From Deltaproteobacteria bacterium RBG_16_49_23 (GTDB taxonomy: Bacteria; Desulfobacterota; BSN033; UBA1163): a stretch of 64,000 nt of DNA. This document shows, one piece after another, positions 60,601 to 64,000 of this stretch (position 1 is its first letter; each line of letters starts with the position of its first letter). The notes under the pieces were generated by a model that saw only the letters and a program-made list of their open reading frames with translations, ran no database searches and was not told the origin of the DNA. Position numbers and translations under genes: made by a program. The stretch covers positions 4,421 to 68,420 of the forward strand of contig MGQQ01000132.1 of NCBI GenBank assembly GCA_001798855.1, written 5' to 3'.

Positions 60601-60656
60601 CCGTGGCGTGGTTTTGGATTGGTGGTTGCCCGCGCCGCTGATTTAGATCGTTAGGA
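60568..60656 (+). other. attC-like site 1 (R'' GCCCAAC ... R' GTTAGGA)
   Basis: The stem AAATCCAGCGGACGCGG pairs with CCGCGCCGCTGATTT with two extrahelical bases. It overlaps the stop codon of cassette 1. Confidence 0.45.
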
Positions 60657-60667
60657 GTTAATCTGTA

Positions 60668-61465
60668 ATGAGCAAAATCGATGCAAACGGTTTCCTTGAA
60701 GGCAGCATCTGTAACTGGATTGCAGATCACAGGGACCGGCACGCTACGGTGTTTACAGCTATCCGGGAACTAAACCGGGAATGCCATCGATTTCTAGACG
60801 GCCGGGCAGTTGACGTCACGAGCGAATTGCACATAACTACAGCAGTGCTGTTTGCTCGACTGATGGAACTTTTCCAAGGAATGTTCATCGCCGTTGAGCA
60901 CGGCATGACGTCAGTCAGTAATGTAGTGTTCCGAGCTTATCTCGAAGCGTACTTCTGCCTTATGGCCATTCACAGGGACCCCACGTTCCTCAGGCAATAC
61001 TTGGACCAGCTTCACGTCGCTCGAAAAAGGTTGGTTAATCGTATACGTAACTCAAGCAGTCCAAGTATCGCTGCACTTCAAGAAGCGCTGGATGAGAATC
61101 TCGCTCGGGATATCAGTCAAACTATAAAAGAGCAGGATATCAAGCCTCTGAAGATCGAGGACGTTGCACGCAGGGCTGGTCTTCACGATGTCTACGCGAC
61201 AGCATACACGGTCTTGAGTGGTGCAGTCCACACGGCAGCATGGGATCTTGAATCCCACCTCGACTACGATGACACAAAAAAAGCAATCCAAGGGTTCCAG
61301 TATGGCCCTTCAGACTCCAATACTGAGAAATTACTCGGGCTTGCTGGCATGGTTATGGCTGACGCACTCGAAACAATCTCGTCTATCTTTAACGAGGATC
61401 GGGCTCAATTATGTGCGGGGTTCACGAGTCAATTTCAGGCTGCTCTGGGGGAGAGGCCGGCCTAG
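60668..61465 (+). CDS. cassette 2: all-alpha hypothetical protein (265 aa)
   Basis: About 52% GC; no firm domain recognised. Confidence 0.45.
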   Translation: MSKIDANGFLEGSICNWIADHRDRHATVFTAIRELNRECHRFLDGRAVDVTSELHITTAVLFARLMELFQGMFIAVEHGMTSVSNVVFRAYLEAYFCLMAIHRDPTFLRQYLDQLHVARKRLVNRIRNSSSPSIAALQEALDENLARDISQTIKEQDIKPLKIEDVARRAGLHDVYATAYTVLSGAVHTAAWDLESHLDYDDTKKAIQGFQYGPSDSNTEKLLGLAGMVMADALETISSIFNEDRAQLCAGFTSQFQAALGERPA

Positions 61466-61517
61466 AAAAGGTGATCCAGCTCGCATTGGAGTAGGAATTT
61501 CTCTCCTATCCATCGCT

Positions 61518-61599
61518 CCTAACTACGGCATGCATGCGACTGCGTACAGCATCCGCTGCGCTCCCGCTTCCCGCCGCGCCTGATGCTCGGCGTTAGGCC
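61518..61599 (+). other. attC-like site 2 (R'' TCCTAAC ... R' GTTAGGC)
   Basis: 82 bp with an imperfect internal palindrome (GGCATGCATGCG / GCATCAGGCGCG). Confidence 0.45.
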
Positions 61600-61631
61600 A
61601 TATTGTAGGTACGAAAGGAGCTAAATAATCT

Positions 61632-62339
61632 ATGGTTCTACTTCGTCTCATATTTGCAATTCTTTTTGCTCCGATTAGATGGTTAACGAATCCAATAACA
61701 CGGCCTAAGAATAGTCTTCTGGAATGGCATCTTTCCTATGCACCTTTCTTTGTGAAAATTCAGACCAATCATAAGGAGAAGTTTTTGAATGATGATCTGC
61801 TGATAGCGAGCTACATTATGTTTTTGGCTCGTTATCTTTATATCTGCGATGATCGACAAGTGCATATTGCTCGATGTTTTATGCTTGACTCTGTAAGAAG
61901 GTCACAAAAACCAAATGAAATAGCAGCTAAACTTTATGAAGCAGTTTTTAAGACATTAAACCCTGTGGAACAAGATGCGACAATTAAATTATTCAAGATT
62001 TATTCTCGATTTACGAGCCTTCCCCCCCTCACATATTCCGAGGATAAAGAACCAAGTCATTCATATGCAAAATATTCATTTTATGTCATTAAAAGTGGCA
62101 GGGGTCTAACTTCTATTTTTCATATGTCGGCAGGACCGGACAAAATTCTTCTTCCTCTTACGGTCGGGATTCTATATGAGTATGTAGTAGATAAAGTTCG
62201 GAACAGGGAGAAGAAAGAAAAGTTAGATCGATCAATGATTGATTTGATGGAAGGTTACAATTCTGTTGATTGCCGTTCACGGGAAGGATTTAGCATGTTG
62301 CCAGCTGAAATTGTTAAGAAACATAATCTTGAAATATGA
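61632..62339 (+). CDS. cassette 3: hypothetical protein (235 aa), AT-rich (about 38% GC), hydrophobic N-terminus
   Basis: ORF only. Confidence 0.4.
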   Translation: MVLLRLIFAILFAPIRWLTNPITRPKNSLLEWHLSYAPFFVKIQTNHKEKFLNDDLLIASYIMFLARYLYICDDRQVHIARCFMLDSVRRSQKPNEIAAKLYEAVFKTLNPVEQDATIKLFKIYSRFTSLPPLTYSEDKEPSHSYAKYSFYVIKSGRGLTSIFHMSAGPDKILLPLTVGILYEYVVDKVRNREKKEKLDRSMIDLMEGYNSVDCRSREGFSMLPAEIVKKHNLEI

Positions 62340-62460
62340 CTTGGAAGATATGGGGCCAAACCTAAATTACACATTTTACAGGGCTGGTTAAGGGTAATGT
62401 GGTTTGTAGACCGCACTGGGGTCAAACCTGATTATTGAGTTTAAAAGGAAGATGTGCAGC

Positions 62461-62550
62461 GCCTAACAAACCAATCAACCCGACTGGGAATAGTCCTTGT
62501 CGGTTTTATGGCGAGGTGGTTGCCCCAGCGGGGTATTTTTGTCGTTAGAC
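62461..62550 (+). other. attC-like site 3 (R'' GCCTAAC ... R' GTTAGAC)
   Basis: Consensus R boxes with an imperfect stem CCCGACTGGG / CCCCAGCGGGG. A second GTTAGATTAAC lies just downstream. Confidence 0.5.
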
Positions 62551-62638
62551 GAAAGGATAAAGTTATCAGGAAGGCGGTTAGATTAACATCGGCAAAGGCG
62601 AAAGGGAGAAGACTAAGCGGAGCGGTGAGAGGATCGGC

Positions 62639-63070
62639 ATGACCTTCCGGATTTCTCCACAGGAAGCGGTGTCAGCAATGTTCCGAAAGGACTGGTGGTT
62701 GGTGGTGAAAATCCCGGTCTCCGCGTATCTCGCTTGGTCATTCTTCCTGCCTCAGTTATGGAAGGTCGGCGTGCTTTTGATTACGTCGATCGTCTCCACC
62801 TTCCTGGTGGGTTCTCCAGTAGGAAGCGGCGTGTCCAATTTCCACCTGTATTTCATGTTTGGGGCAATGGTTGCCATGATCTATGGCGTCTTCTGGTATA
62901 CGGTCTACGTCTTCGCCTATCTGGGTCGCCCCGGTATGTTGACCCGCATTGTCGGAGTCGCTGGTGTCCTCATCCATCCCATCCTTCTCATTGGAGTTGC
63001 ATTGTTAATCGGCGGCTTAGGAACACTTTGGGGGGGTACCACAGGAACAGTTCTGGGCCTATATAGATAA
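62639..63070 (+). CDS. cassette 4: small membrane protein with four predicted TM helices (143 aa)
   Basis: Hydrophobic segments; about 53% GC. Confidence 0.45.
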   Translation: MTFRISPQEAVSAMFRKDWWLVVKIPVSAYLAWSFFLPQLWKVGVLLITSIVSTFLVGSPVGSGVSNFHLYFMFGAMVAMIYGVFWYTVYVFAYLGRPGMLTRIVGVAGVLIHPILLIGVALLIGGLGTLWGGTTGTVLGLYR

Positions 63071-63305
63071 ATGGACGCCGATAGAGTCCTGGCGAGTGAT
63101 ACAACCATAATGGGGATGAGCGAACGGGGACGGTAATTAACCGTCCCTCCCCACACCACCCATCATGCGGGTCCGCAATGGGCGGTTCGCAGAAATCATC
63201 GGACCTTAGCCGGATATTGAATCTGAATCCACAGTGTGCGAATAGAGACAAGCCCCTGCTGTTAAAGCGAATGGTTGTATAATTTGGAGGGAGGAGGTGT
63301 TTGTT

Positions 63306-63977
63306 ATGCGAAGCAGGTTACTATTAGTTCTTTCTTATTTTGTCTTACAGGGGTGCGCTTCCAATCCGATCCCAATGGTATCTCAAGTCCCAGTACCAGA
63401 TGTAATTGCTTTGCGCCCAGATGTCCAATCGAGGCCGTTGATTCTCGATCGAGTGGTTTTCGATGTCCCTAAAGGTAAGGTTTTAGGAGAAAAAAGGCAA
63501 GGTAATTTATGCGTCAATCCGGCTCCCCTAATTTGGGAAGAGGAAATCCTAGAATTCAACCGCGGGGCCTATCATAGAGAATTTGAGAAAATTGCGAAGC
63601 AGTACAACTTTCGACTGGCGGAAAAACCAACTTCTCTTTTTGGGTCAGCCATATCAACAGGCAACGAGCTTCTTATCGCAGCAAGAATAGTGGTCACAAA
63701 TCAAAATGCCTGTTTTGCAAGTACCTTCAACGTGCACATCCCCGTTCGGAAAGGCAACGTAAGATTCTTAGTTCACTGGGAAATCTTTTCCGTTGCGGAA
63801 AAGAAAGTCGTCTTTGCCCTTGAAAACGAGAGTTCTGGCGTTCTTGAAAACTTCAAACCCTTTAGTGAGGATAGCTATTATACGCAAGCATTTGGGAATT
63901 CAGTACGAGGCCTGTTGAATGATCAAGATTTCCGGACCTTAGTGATTTTTACTCCCATAGGGAAAGATGCGACTTAG
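63306..63977 (+). CDS. cassette 5: hypothetical lipoprotein (about 224 aa)
   Basis: Signal peptide and lipobox (LQGCAS). Confidence 0.45.
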   Translation: MRSRLLLVLSYFVLQGCASNPIPMVSQVPVPDVIALRPDVQSRPLILDRVVFDVPKGKVLGEKRQGNLCVNPAPLIWEEEILEFNRGAYHREFEKIAKQYNFRLAEKPTSLFGSAISTGNELLIAARIVVTNQNACFASTFNVHIPVRKGNVRFLVHWEIFSVAEKKVVFALENESSGVLENFKPFSEDSYYTQAFGNSVRGLLNDQDFRTLVIFTPIGKDAT

Positions 63978-64000
63978 CCAATTACGGGTTATATAGTTGC

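Noticed and set aside
62454-62642. 62-aa plus-strand ORF between cassettes 3 and 4
   Set aside because: It lies over the attC-like palindrome and has arginine-rich, low-complexity composition. It is likely non-coding.
63071-63296. Possible attC between cassettes 4 and 5
   Set aside because: Only a GC hairpin (GGGACGGTAATTAACCGTCCC) and GTTAAAG are present, with no convincing R''/R' pair. I left it unannotated.
1-64000. CRISPR arrays, rRNA or tRNA genes
   Set aside because: I found no regularly spaced direct repeats with unique spacers, and no rRNA-like or cloverleaf-compatible segments, in any intergenic region.

Overview
This 64 kb window looks like chromosome from an anaerobic bacterium (roughly 50% GC; the gene content suggests a Deltaproteobacteria- or Nitrospirae-like acetogen or sulfate reducer). 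The conserved backbone is a Wood-Ljungdahl CODH/ACS operon (acsD, cooS/acsA, acsB, acsC, acsE) at 1.8-9.9 kb. Further along come a yfhM (alpha-2-macroglobulin)-pbpC pair, recQ, hemL, a dapB-dapF-lysA block, yggS, maf, an rfaE-like gene, lon, thiL, hrcA-grpE-dnaK, ftsY, and a selenocysteine formate dehydrogenase (fdhA with in-frame TGA, fdhB, fdhE). Several accessory islands are embedded in this backbone. (1) At 9.9-14.3 kb there is a GC-mosaic defence island: a PD-(D/E)xK restriction endonuclease with an in-frame amber stop, a Dam-family N6-adenine methyltransferase, a UvrD-like helicase split by a one-base frameshift, and an orphan AbrB-like gene. (2) Toxin-antitoxin modules (mazEF, HepT/MNT, a TumE-like/HVO_A0114-like pair) and an NTase/AAA-ATPase patch. 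(3) Most interesting, at 59.4-64.0 kb there appears to be a decayed integron: a 60-aa N-terminal remnant of a tyrosine (IntI-like) recombinase, an attI-like GTTAGGC core, and an array of same-strand, promoterless genes of mixed GC content separated by attC-like imperfect palindromes (CCTAAC...GTTAGG). The first cassette encodes a protein with a nucleoside 2-deoxyribosyltransferase/SLOG/TIR-like fold, which is a candidate defence or effector cargo. The window also carries a family of REP-like G/C-rich palindromic intergenic repeats (CCCCTTTGNCAAAGGGG plus a GGGAGGGATTTTA extension), a 66-bp structured repeat present twice, a MITE-like element with terminal inverted repeats and GTAAAC flanks, and a nested-inverted-repeat element between cooS and acsB. 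I found no rRNA, tRNA or CRISPR.
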